DNA from: Bacillus subtilis subsp. subtilis str. 168
GTDB lineage: Bacteria; Bacillota; Bacilli; Bacillales; Bacillaceae
Length of the DNA: 32,000 nucleotides
Assembly: GCF_000009045.1 (NCBI RefSeq)
Contig: NC_000964.3
Coordinates: 3,540,001 to 3,572,000, forward strand
Direction of reading: 5' to 3'
Position numbers and translations under genes: made by a program
The notes under the pieces: generated by a model
Databases searched by the model: none
What the model saw: the letters and a program-made list of their open reading frames with translations, nothing else
What the model was told of the DNA's origin: nothing
Shown here: positions 23,550 to 32,000 of the stretch, in pieces
Layout: every line of letters begins with the position of its first letter
How positions within the stretch are numbered: position 1 is the stretch's first letter

Positions 23550-23576
23550 AATCCGGTCTGATAACAGACCGGATTT
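23550..23576. terminator. Bidirectional terminator between yvcT and psdB
   Basis: AAATCCGGTCTG-ATAA-CAGACCGGATTT. Confidence 0.85.
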
Positions 23577-23580
23577 CATA

Positions 23581-25521
23581 TTACATACGCTGAAGAACAG
23601 CACGCTTATAAATATGACGGGTGACGATATAATAAAGAGCCTGGAATACAAAATAAATGAAGATGACAATTACGGCCTCAAGAAATAAATTGGAATTCAG
23701 CATATTACTTAACGCTGCATACGCAAAGCCCGCGTGAATCGTACCTGCGATAAATGGGATGAAGAATAAAAATCCTATTTGCTTTCCAAGGATCGAGTGA
23801 ATCTCTTTGTCCGTAACCCCTATCCTCTTTAACGCTAACACCTGCACTCCCGTATCTTCTATTTCCGTAAACATCCGCAAATACAGCATGCTTCCTTGCA
23901 CGATAAAAAACAGCACGCTGACAAACAGACCAATAAACAGCATTAATGCAACTCCCTGCTTCACAATTTGATAACTAGGAGCACGTGTTTGAAAATCAGA
24001 TGTATGTTCTTTCGGCACCATGTTTTCAAGCTTTTCAGAGACATCCACCGTCTCCTGCCAATGCTCAAGCTCATAACCTACCATTCTCATCTGTTCCTTC
24101 AGCGGCACATCCTGTGACAGACTGTCAAAGCTCTTTTCGCTGACAACCAATAAACGGCTGACTCCATCGACAGACATCAATATCCCTTTGTTTTGCTGCT
24201 TTTTCATGACATAGGAAAGGGTTTTTCCTGACTTCATATGAAATGCTGCTGTTTCCCCTTCTCCAAATGTGTCTTTCACCATCATTTGAAAAGAAACATT
24301 AATAAATGCTTCATTTTCTTGTAAATGAATAACTGGGAACCCTTTTTCCTTTGCGACTTGATTATAGACTTTTTCTGAAATCAGCAAAGCTTCAGCTTCC
24401 ATCTTCTTATTTCCATACGGCAAGTCTGACTGAAAAGTGACAGGAATCCCTGTGGCATCCACCTTATACGTGATAACAGCATGAGCTTTTTTCAATGTAT
24501 TCTCAGCCGTCTCAGGCTTCATGACCTGAAAGCGGGAAGCATCCTTTTCCACCCAGGAAACAGACTGAGGAATGCTTTGCTCCTCCTGCCTTTGTAAATC
24601 GGAATAAAACATATAGATGACACCTGTAGCTGTTAGTATGACCGCTGTAATGACAGAGGTTAAAAACAGCATGCGTGCATGATCCTTCAGCCTGAATATC
24701 ATGTTGGAACGCACAATGATATTTGTGCCTTTGTAGAAGCTGTGTTTCTTTCGGTACAGCATGCGGAAAAATGCCACACTGCTTTGGGTAAAAAAGAAAT
24801 ACGTGCCAATTAACACTAAAATCAAAATTGGAAAAACCCGAAACATCATGTCAATTGCATTGGCTGTTGCAGATAGATAATAACCGCTGCCAAGACATAG
24901 CAAAGACAATACAGTGAGCCATTTCGAATAAACTGGCAAACTTTTCGGCTTTTTGGCTGATTTAATCAGTTCAATGATTTCCAGCTTCCGAATCCGTCCC
25001 AGTGATAAAATGAGCAGCGTCTGAAACAGGATGAGAAAGCCGGCAATTGTCATCACAAACGCTTTCGGCACAATGGCAAACGAAATCGGCACCTTCACGC
25101 TGAGCATCCATGTCATGATCATAAAAAACAGTTTTGAAAATAACAGGCCTGCTCCAATGCCGGCCGCAATCGCCGCAAGAGAAATAAGTGACTGCTCATA
25201 ATAAATCATCTTGCGAAGCTGCTGCTTTGATGTGCCAAACAGTGTCAGCAGCCCAAACTCTTTCTTTCTTGCCTGCAAAAACGCTGAATTGGAATATGTG
25301 ATGAAAAATATACAAAACACAATGATGACGACAAGAGCTGCGCTCAAGCATGTTTTGACAAGGCTTCCTCCATATATATTGTCTTCATTGACATCAGGAT
25401 GAAAAATAAATGATGTGAAGACAAAAAACACCGAAACGGCAAACACACAGCTTAAAAAGTAGGCCACATACCGTTGCAGATTCCCAAGAATGTTTTTACG
25501 GGCGATAGTTCTCAAATTCAT
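23581..25521 (-). CDS. psdB: Bacitracin/lantibiotic-export type ABC transporter permease (BceB-like), 646 aa
   Basis: FtsX-like domains, large extracellular loop; overlaps the ATPase gene and is adjacent to an intramembrane-sensing kinase. Confidence 0.93.
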   Translation of the reverse strand: MNLRTIARKNILGNLQRYVAYFLSCVFAVSVFFVFTSFIFHPDVNEDNIYGGSLVKTCLSAALVVIIVFCIFFITYSNSAFLQARKKEFGLLTLFGTSKQQLRKMIYYEQSLISLAAIAAGIGAGLLFSKLFFMIMTWMLSVKVPISFAIVPKAFVMTIAGFLILFQTLLILSLGRIRKLEIIELIKSAKKPKSLPVYSKWLTVLSLLCLGSGYYLSATANAIDMMFRVFPILILVLIGTYFFFTQSSVAFFRMLYRKKHSFYKGTNIIVRSNMIFRLKDHARMLFLTSVITAVILTATGVIYMFYSDLQRQEEQSIPQSVSWVEKDASRFQVMKPETAENTLKKAHAVITYKVDATGIPVTFQSDLPYGNKKMEAEALLISEKVYNQVAKEKGFPVIHLQENEAFINVSFQMMVKDTFGEGETAAFHMKSGKTLSYVMKKQQNKGILMSVDGVSRLLVVSEKSFDSLSQDVPLKEQMRMVGYELEHWQETVDVSEKLENMVPKEHTSDFQTRAPSYQIVKQGVALMLFIGLFVSVLFFIVQGSMLYLRMFTEIEDTGVQVLALKRIGVTDKEIHSILGKQIGFLFFIPFIAGTIHAGFAYAALSNMLNSNLFLEAVIVIFIYFVFQALYYIVTRHIYKRAVLQRM

Positions 25522-26275
25522 GAAAATCGCCTCCCAACACACTCAAGGTATCCAATATACTTTGATAAAACACCTGCCTGTTTGTTCCTCTGTGAATCTC
25601 TGAAAAGAAACGTCCGTCTTTAATAAAAACAATCCGTTTACAGAAACTTGCTGCTGTGGCATCATGCGTAACCAACAAAATCGTCGCTTCCTTTTCCTCA
25701 TTCAGCTGAGCCAGTGTGTTCATCACTTGCTTTGCCGATTTTGAGTCGAGGTTTCCTGTCGGTTCATCGGCAAGAATGAGCGCCGGATTGTGAATAATCG
25801 CTCTGGCACAAGCTGCCCGCTGCTGCTGTCCGCCCGACACCTCATATGTGCGGTGATCGAGAATATGCTTTATTTGCAGCGTATCCGCCAGTTCATCCAA
25901 TCGAGCTTCCATTTCTCTCAGCTTTACCTTATCCAATGCGAGCGGCAAGAGAATATTTTCACGAATCGTCAGCGTATCAAGCAGATTAAAATCCTGAAAG
26001 ACGAAGCCGAGTTCTCTTCTGCGAAACAAAGCCAGCTCTTGGTCCTTTAACGTTTTCGGCTGAATGCCGTTGATCATCATCTCGCCCTGGGTCGGCTTAT
26101 CAATGGTAGCCAGCAAATTCAAAAGCGTGGTTTTTCCGCTTCCCGACGGCCCCATAATCCCGACAAATTCTCCTTTTGACACACTGAGATCAAAGGCGCT
26201 GAGCGCTTGGTATGATATTGTTCCTTTATTTGAATAGTATGTTTTCGATAGGTTCGTTGTTTGCAACACGTTCAT
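25496..26275 (-). CDS. psdA: ABC transporter ATP-binding protein (BceA-like), 259 aa
   Basis: Walker A 'GPSGSGKTTLLN', signature 'VSGGQQQRAACARA', Walker B 'LILADEPTGNLD'. Confidence 0.95.
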   Translation of the reverse strand: MNVLQTTNLSKTYYSNKGTISYQALSAFDLSVSKGEFVGIMGPSGSGKTTLLNLLATIDKPTQGEMMINGIQPKTLKDQELALFRRRELGFVFQDFNLLDTLTIRENILLPLALDKVKLREMEARLDELADTLQIKHILDHRTYEVSGGQQQRAACARAIIHNPALILADEPTGNLDSKSAKQVMNTLAQLNEEKEATILLVTHDATAASFCKRIVFIKDGRFFSEIHRGTNRQVFYQSILDTLSVLGGDFHEFENYRP

Positions 26276-26357
26276 GTTCTGCTCCTCCTTTTTCTTTATT
26301 ATAAAAAGGAAGTCAGCATCCTCCCATCGAACTTTCTTGCAATTCCGCTCCCCAATC

Positions 26358-26388
26358 TTACAATGCTGTCACATTCACGAGGGTGTCA
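26358..26388 (-). promoter_or_regulatory. Tandem BceR/PsdR-type response-regulator binding sites for psdAB
   Basis: Minus strand TGACA-CCCT-CGTGA-ATG-TGACA-GCAT-TGTAA: one perfect TNACA-N4-TGTNA element plus a degenerate one; located upstream of psdA and overlapping the psdS stop codon. Confidence 0.65.
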
Positions 26389-27428
26389 CTTGAAAACACG
26401 ATGGTCATCACAGTGCCAGCCCCTTCTTTTGATTCCGCATACAGCTTATGGCCGAGACGGCTGCACACCTGTTTTGCTAAATAAAGGCCCATTCCAGTTG
26501 CCTCTTTCATGGTTCGTCCGTTTTCTCCGGTAAAAAACGCGTCAAAAATCCGCGGCAGATCCTGCGGCGGTATGCCGATTCCTTCGTCGGCAACCGACAA
26601 GCGCGTCTCATGTCCCTGTGTTTCAATCCGGATTGTAATAGGGTCTCCCACACCTTGCTTTGAATATTTTAAGGCGTTGAAAAGGATTTGCTCAACAACA
26701 AAGGAAAGCCACTTTTGATCACTGGAAATCTGAACGGCATTTGGCGGCACATGTAATGTTGGAAAAAGGCGCCGCTTGATAAACTGACGTTTTTCCTGAT
26801 TGATCAGTGAACGAACCATTTCTGCCAAATCAAAGGTTTGCGGCTTTACATCAAATGCAAATTCCTCCAGCCGGGCCGTTTGCAGCATCATATCAAGACC
26901 GTGGCGAAATCTCTCATTCTCATCCTCCAGCTCCTCTAAAAACGTCGGAAAAGAGGATGAGGTTCCGTTTTTTCCTTCCTGAATCATTAAGGATATGACA
27001 GATACCGGTGTTTTCATATGGTGGACCCATTGGTTGGTGAAGGTGTAATGCTGTTTTTGCTGATTGATATATTGTGAGAGCCTGCTTTCGTATTGCTGCC
27101 CGAGTGCGTTGATCATCTTCGTCCAAAGCGCTTGCTCTCCTGTTCTTGGCTTTCTGGCTTTCAAAGACTGTCCGATGTCATTCGAAGAAGAGGCTTGTTC
27201 TGCAAGCTTTTTAACATATGTGAGAAAGGAAAATTGCCGAACATAATCAGCAGCAAAACCTGCGGCTAAAAGAGTACCGGGCAAAATCCATATGTACATC
27301 ATATTTTCTTTGGAAGGTTCTGCGCCGCTCTCTACAATGCTTAAATACGCAATCAGCATGGCGGACCCTATCCCTAATAATGAAAATAGAATAATGGCTA
27401 AGCGGTCGATGAGATAAGTCTTTAACAT
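26358..27428 (-). CDS. psdS: Sensor histidine kinase, BceS-like intramembrane sensor, 356 aa
   Basis: Two short N-terminal TM segments, H-box '[16 protein letters not shown]', N/G boxes 'LFNALKYSK' and '[10 protein letters not shown]'. Confidence 0.94.
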
Positions 27429-28135
27429 TCCGCTTCATCCTTCCGATTGACTTGAAATTGATAACCTTGTCCTCTGATTGTGGAAATGCAATCTGTCAGT
27501 CCTGCATTCTCCAGTTTTCTCCGCAGCCGATTGACATTGACCGTTAACGTATTGTCATCGACAAAATCAACGTCATCCCATAACGCCTCCAATAGTTCAT
27601 CACGAGAGACAATTTTTTTATGCTCCCTCACAAAAATCGAGAGAAGCTGGAATTCTTTTTGGGAAAACAAAATCCGGACGCTGTTCCATTCGGCCTCATT
27701 CTGATCAGGATAAATCGTCAGCCCGCCAAGCTCCACTATTCTAGATTCCTGCGGCAAAGAGGGCGAATATTCACCATATGTGCGGCGCAGGACGCTTTTG
27801 ATTTTGGCCATCACTACCTCTAGATGGAACGGCTTTGTGATATAATCATCGCCGCCATTTTCAATCGCCATTACCTGATTCAGCTCATCGGTCCGTGCCG
27901 ATATAAAGATAATCGGCGCATTGGAAATGGTACGGATTTGCCTGCACCAATAAAACCCGTCAAAAAAAGGCAGGTTGATATCAAGCAGCACAAGATCAGG
28001 CTTCATTTCTGCAAATTCCAATTTTATATCATTCAGCTGTTCAGCAATTTTCACTTCATATCCGTATTTTTGAAGATGACCGCCCAGCAAAGAAGCAATC
28101 CGCTCATCATCTTCCACAAGCAAAATCCGATACAC
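27422..28135 (-). CDS. psdR: OmpR-family response regulator (BceR-like), 237 aa
   Basis: Receiver domain '[28 protein letters not shown]...[10 protein letters not shown]' and a winged-helix C-terminus. Confidence 0.94.
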
Positions 28136-28281
28136 GTTGATCCCCCTTATATGTACATCACGATGATTTTTCTAGAAGATTCCAAAATTATTATAGCATG
28201 TGCGGAATAGTAAATCGGTCTTTTTCTTTTTGTTATGATAGAATGATAAAGGTAAAATTTTCATAATAGGCAGGTGTCGTG

Positions 28282-28491
28282 ATGAAGAAAATCATGCTGT
28301 TTCTGGCAATGACGTCAATTCTTTCAGCATGTCAGCCCAACTATACCGGGAAATACATAGAAATTGGGGATACACTAACTGACTATACCAAAGAGTGCTT
28401 TAAAGAGAATGAAATTCCTTATAAATACGAAAAGGGAAAACTGTATATCCCAGAAGACGCATTTGATACAGCAATCTACACTTGTTCATAA
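28282..28491 (+). CDS. Small predicted lipoprotein, 69 aa, unknown function
   Basis: 'MKKIMLFLAMTSILSACQPNYTGKYIEIG...' with lipobox LSAC; GGCAGGTG upstream; followed by a terminator. Confidence 0.65.
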   Translation: MKKIMLFLAMTSILSACQPNYTGKYIEIGDTLTDYTKECFKENEIPYKYEKGKLYIPEDAFDTAIYTCS

Positions 28492-28493
28492 GA

Positions 28494-28522
28494 AAAAGCT
28501 TGCAGATAACCTGCAAGCTTTT
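28494..28522. terminator. Bidirectional terminator between the small lipoprotein gene and yvcN
   Basis: AAAAGCTTGCAG-ATAAC-CTGCAAGCTTTT. Confidence 0.85.
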
Positions 28523-28526
28523 CACG

Positions 28527-29282
28527 TTACAAAAAATGAGTATTTAATTTCTCTTCAAATCCTGAAGGGCCGATGTCGCTTTTTTGAATGTTACCGCCGT
28601 TTTCATAAATCGTAAAATGGCGCTCTGACATGACCATCCTTCCGCTCGGCGTCAGCTTTGAGGCAAGCAGGGATTTGTTAAAAGGAGATTTTTCATGAGA
28701 GTGAATGATGTCCTTCATGTTATCTAAATCACCGAGATCACTCTCTTCAAGGGTAAAGGCGTACCCAATTTGCCAGCCTTCTCCTTTGTCCATCAGCAGA
28801 ACATAGCTGCCCTTTTCTGTCTCTTCCTTTTTGATTCGGAATGACCCGACTGGTGACTGTACCGTTTCTCCGGAAAGCGGTATCGGCTGGAGCGCCAGGT
28901 TGATGCCGAAGCCGATATCAACGAGGTAATCGCCGTTTTCCGCAGACAGCCATACAGCAGCATGCGTCCCTTCTAGTGCCCATCCCTCTTGATCGCCTGC
29001 ATAAACCGTTCCTCGAATGAGCTTCACATGAAACCCGGCCTCACGCAAGACAAAATAAAGGAAACCATTTAGATCGTAGCATAGGCCGCCGTGCTGATCT
29101 TTGAGCAGACGTCGCCATAGCTCTTCTTTTGTGATCTTATAATTCTCTTTTGCAAGTACGGCACGGTTTTCGAATGGAAAACGGTATGCCATTGCTTTAA
29201 GAAAAAGGGGAAGATCGCCGAAGCTGACATGGTCTTTCTCCCAGCCGATTTTCTGAAAGCAGTCTTTTAGAAAGTCACTCAT
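28527..29282 (-). CDS. yvcN: Arylamine N-acetyltransferase family protein, 251 aa
   Basis: 'RLLKDQHGGLCYDLNGFLYFVLREAGF' (catalytic Cys), 'THAAVWL' His, 'YLVDIGFG' Asp. Confidence 0.92.
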   Translation of the reverse strand: MSDFLKDCFQKIGWEKDHVSFGDLPLFLKAMAYRFPFENRAVLAKENYKITKEELWRRLLKDQHGGLCYDLNGFLYFVLREAGFHVKLIRGTVYAGDQEGWALEGTHAAVWLSAENGDYLVDIGFGINLALQPIPLSGETVQSPVGSFRIKKEETEKGSYVLLMDKGEGWQIGYAFTLEESDLGDLDNMKDIIHSHEKSPFNKSLLASKLTPSGRMVMSERHFTIYENGGNIQKSDIGPSGFEEKLNTHFL

Positions 29283-29291
29283 TTTTATCAC

Positions 29292-29549
29292 CTAAACTTC
29301 TTCTTGAACGTAAGCAGCCAGCTTCTCCAGCGCCTCTTGTTCATCTTCTCCCTGGGCAATCAAGGTAACCTCAGTGCCTGTGCTTACCGCAAGGCTCATC
29401 AGCCCCATGATGCTTTTGGCGTTTACTTTTTTCCCATCCTTCTCAAGAAACACATCTGACGTAAACCGGTTTGCTTCTTGTACAAACAAAGCAGCAGGAC
29501 GTGCTTGCAGTCCTGTCTTTAATCGAACTTCCACTTTCTGTTGAACCAT
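29292..29549 (-). CDS. crh: Catabolite repression HPr-like protein Crh, 85 aa
   Basis: HPr fold with 'GLQARPA' (Gln in place of the phosphorylatable His15) and retained 'KSIMGLMSL' Ser46 site. Confidence 0.98.
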   Translation of the reverse strand: MVQQKVEVRLKTGLQARPAALFVQEANRFTSDVFLEKDGKKVNAKSIMGLMSLAVSTGTEVTLIAQGEDEQEALEKLAAYVQEEV

Positions 29550-29572
29550 AAGATCTCCCCTTTTCTTTACGG

Positions 29573-30523
29573 TTATTTTAAAGTGACGGTTTGCCCTGTC
29601 CGCAGCTGTTCTGCGATTTCGTCAAGTTTTCTCAGCCTGTGATTGATCCCTGATTTGCTGATTTTCCCGCTTGCTACCATTTCCCCTAGCTCTTTCAGCG
29701 TCACTTCCTGATAATCAATCCGCAGCTGCGCAATTTCCCGAAGTTTTTCAGGCAGCGCCTCCAGGCCGATTCTTTCATCGATGTATTTAATATTTTCCAC
29801 CTGTCTCAGCGATGCGCCGATCGTTTTGTTTAAGTTGGCTGTTTCACAATTGACGAGGCGGTTGACCGAATTTCTCATGTCCCGAACGATTCTGACATCC
29901 TCAAATCGCAGAAGCGAATTGTGAGCGCCAATTACGTTCAGAAACTCTGTAATCTTTTCAGCCTCTTTTAAATAGGTAATATAGCCTTTTTTCCGTTCAA
30001 GCGTTTTGCTGTTTAACTGAAACTCATTTAACAGGTCACATAATGAATCGTTATGCTCCTTATAAAGAGAGAAGATTTCTAAATGATACGAGGAGGTTTC
30101 CGGGTTATTGACCGAACCTCCTGCCAAAAATGCTCCTCTCATATAAGAACGCTTGCAGCATCTCTTTTTGACCAGCTCTTTCGAAATACTTCGTTCAAAC
30201 ACAAAATTCTCCCCGAGTATTTTTAAATCCTCTAAGATCGCTTTTGCATTTTCTGAAAAACGCACAATATAGACGTTATTCTTTTTCAGCCGCATTTTCT
30301 TTCTGACCAGCAGCTCGACCGACACATCATATTGTTTTTTCAGCAATGTATAGATGCGGCGGGCAATCGCCGCGTTTTCGGTTTGAACATCGAGTACGAG
30401 ATGGCGGTTTGTAAATGATAAAGCTCCATTCATCCGAATGAGTGCAGACAGCTCGGCATTAATGCAGCAGTCCTTCACTTCCAGATTCGTTAATTCTTTT
30501 TTTGTTTCTGATGCAAATGACAT
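29573..30523 (-). CDS. whiA: WhiA-family DNA-binding protein (LAGLIDADG-like N-terminus + HTH), 316 aa
   Basis: '[20 protein letters not shown]...[16 protein letters not shown]'. Confidence 0.96.
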   Translation of the reverse strand: MSFASETKKELTNLEVKDCCINAELSALIRMNGALSFTNRHLVLDVQTENAAIARRIYTLLKKQYDVSVELLVRKKMRLKKNNVYIVRFSENAKAILEDLKILGENFVFERSISKELVKKRCCKRSYMRGAFLAGGSVNNPETSSYHLEIFSLYKEHNDSLCDLLNEFQLNSKTLERKKGYITYLKEAEKITEFLNVIGAHNSLLRFEDVRIVRDMRNSVNRLVNCETANLNKTIGASLRQVENIKYIDERIGLEALPEKLREIAQLRIDYQEVTLKELGEMVASGKISKSGINHRLRKLDEIAEQLRTGQTVTLK

Positions 30524-30545
30524 ATAGCCACCTCATTTCAAGGCT

Positions 30546-31499
30546 TCATTCTTTCAGTAAATCAACAAGAAGAGAGGCCACTTTATGTGTATCGTGACGT
30601 ATTACGTCATTTTTATACGTTACAATTTGATCTCTGATGACTTCAAGCCCCATCGCTTTCAGCTCTTCGATATCAAAATCAACAGGACGCGCCGATTCCA
30701 TTTCGTACTTACGTTTTATTTCGTCGGGAATGTCTTCACTGTTCACTAATATCGTATCAATAAAACCACAGCCCATATGCTGATTGAGCGCTTTCACATG
30801 ATCAGCAGCGGTGTAATGGAGCGTTTCGCCGGGCTGAGTCATCACGTTGCAAATGTATACTTTTTTCGCCGGCGCCTTTATCACTTCTTCCCCGATTTTT
30901 GGGACGAGCAAATTGGGAAGAATGCTGGTATAGAGGCTTCCCGGGCCGATAATAATCAAATCCGCTTCCCTGATTACGTCTATTGTTTCCGGCAGCGGAT
31001 CAATCTGTTCAGGCGTGAGAAAAACACGCTTAATGCGCTGTCCGTATTCTGGGATCGTTGACTCGCCTGAGACCACGCGGCCATCTTCCATCTCAGCATG
31101 CAAAACGACACTGGCATTGGCAGCCGGCAAAACCTTTCCTCTTACATTCAGCACCTTGCTCATTTCTGTGACAGCGTGAAAAAAATCACCGGTTATATTT
31201 GTCATCGCTGCCAAAATCAAATTCCCGAGAGAATGGCCTGTTAAGTCATTCCCTTTATTGAAGCGGTGCTGAAAAAGATCTTCAACAAGCGGCTCCACAT
31301 CGGATAAAGCGGCAAGCACATTTCTGATGTCTCCGGGAGGCGGAATTTTCAGTTCATTCCGCAGACGGCCAGAGCTCCCCCCATCATCGGCAACTGTTAC
31401 AATGGCCGTGATGTCAACGGGTTTATGCTTTAGGCCCCGAAGCAATACAGAAAGACCTGTACCGCCGCCAAAGATTGCGATTTTCGGCTTTTGTCCCAT
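30546..31499 (-). CDS. yvcK: YvcK/GlmR family gluconeogenesis-growth protein (CofD-like fold), 317 aa
   Basis: 'IAIFGGGTGLSVLLRGLK...VTVADDGGSSGRLR', 'PGDIRNVL'. Confidence 0.95.
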   Translation of the reverse strand: MGQKPKIAIFGGGTGLSVLLRGLKHKPVDITAIVTVADDGGSSGRLRNELKIPPPGDIRNVLAALSDVEPLVEDLFQHRFNKGNDLTGHSLGNLILAAMTNITGDFFHAVTEMSKVLNVRGKVLPAANASVVLHAEMEDGRVVSGESTIPEYGQRIKRVFLTPEQIDPLPETIDVIREADLIIIGPGSLYTSILPNLLVPKIGEEVIKAPAKKVYICNVMTQPGETLHYTAADHVKALNQHMGCGFIDTILVNSEDIPDEIKRKYEMESARPVDFDIEELKAMGLEVIRDQIVTYKNDVIRHDTHKVASLLVDLLKE

Positions 31500-31500
31500 C

Positions 31501-32000
31501 TTATTTCCGGCTTCTCTTTTCAATGTCCCGGTGAGTAACATGAGTATAGTAATCCTTTTTGAAATAATCAGCTAAATTCTCGGCTAATGTCACAGAGCGG
31601 TGCTGGCCCCCTGTGCAGCCGATCGCAATGACAACCTGGCTTTTTCCTTCTCTTTTGTAAGATGGAAGCATAAAGCTCAGCAGATCAATTAATTTCTCAT
31701 TGAACTTTTGCGTTTCATTCCACTTCATGACGTAAGAGGAAACCTCTTTATCCTTGCCAGTCAGCGGCCGCATGCTTTCGATATAGTACGGATTCGGCAA
31801 AAATCTGACATCAAAGACGAGATCTGCATCAATTGGAATACCGTATTTAAAACCAAATGACATCACATTTACGGTAAATGTCTCTCCTTGGTTTGTCGCA
31901 AAGTGCTTCACGATTTTTTCACGCAAATCACGCGGCTTCATGTCAGACGTATCGTAAATGATTTGAGAGCGGCCTTTTAATTCCTCAAGCAGCTCTCGTT
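31501..32000 (-). CDS. yvcJ: RapZ-family nucleotide-binding protein (YvcJ), partial; the N-terminal part lies beyond the window end
   Basis: C-terminal RapZ domain '[24 protein letters not shown]', '[12 protein letters not shown]'; ORF open to the window edge. Confidence 0.92.
   Translation of the reverse strand, partial: RELLEELKGRSQIIYDTSDMKPRDLREKIVKHFATNQGETFTVNVMSFGFKYGIPIDADLVFDVRFLPNPYYIESMRPLTGKDKEVSSYVMKWNETQKFNEKLIDLLSFMLPSYKREGKSQVVIAIGCTGGQHRSVTLAENLADYFKKDYYTHVTHRDIEKRSRK

Overview
The window reads as Bacillus subtilis-group core chromosome, in the yveA - yvdT...yvdA - yvcT...yvcJ order. Contents in order: 3' end of an APC-type amino-acid permease; a TetR regulator with a paired SMR efflux operon; yvdQ; a roughly 3 kb segment with cotQ (berberine-bridge-like spore-coat oxidase) and yvdO (patatin-like); tRNA-Arg(CCG); clpP; the maltodextrin cluster (pgcM-malL-yvdK-yvdJ-mdxG-mdxF-mdxE-yvdF-mdxR); yvdD; yvdC; yvdB/yvdA (SulP transporter and carbonic anhydrase); yvcT; the PsdRS/PsdAB lantibiotic-sensing module; a small lipoprotein; yvcN; and the crh-whiA-yvcK-rapZ end. 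I found no CRISPR array, integrase, transposase, retron or recognisable defence island. The most interesting non-standard signals are: (1) a degenerate ~105-nt direct repeat of the 3' half of tRNA-Arg plus its terminator, bracketing cotQ-yvdO like a fossil tRNA att site; (2) two matching 21-bp palindromes in front of yvdT and the SMR pair; (3) an identical 18-nt LacI-like palindrome in front of both mdxE and yvdF, with a cre-like site over the mdxE promoter; (4) tandem BceR/PsdR-type sites overlapping the psdS stop codon; (5) alternative pairing possibilities in the yvdD-mdxR intergenic region; (6) a small orphan lipoprotein next to psdR. Gene symbols come from recognition of protein sequences and gene order, not from a database search. 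Start codons differing from the ORF track were chosen from ribosome-binding-site position.
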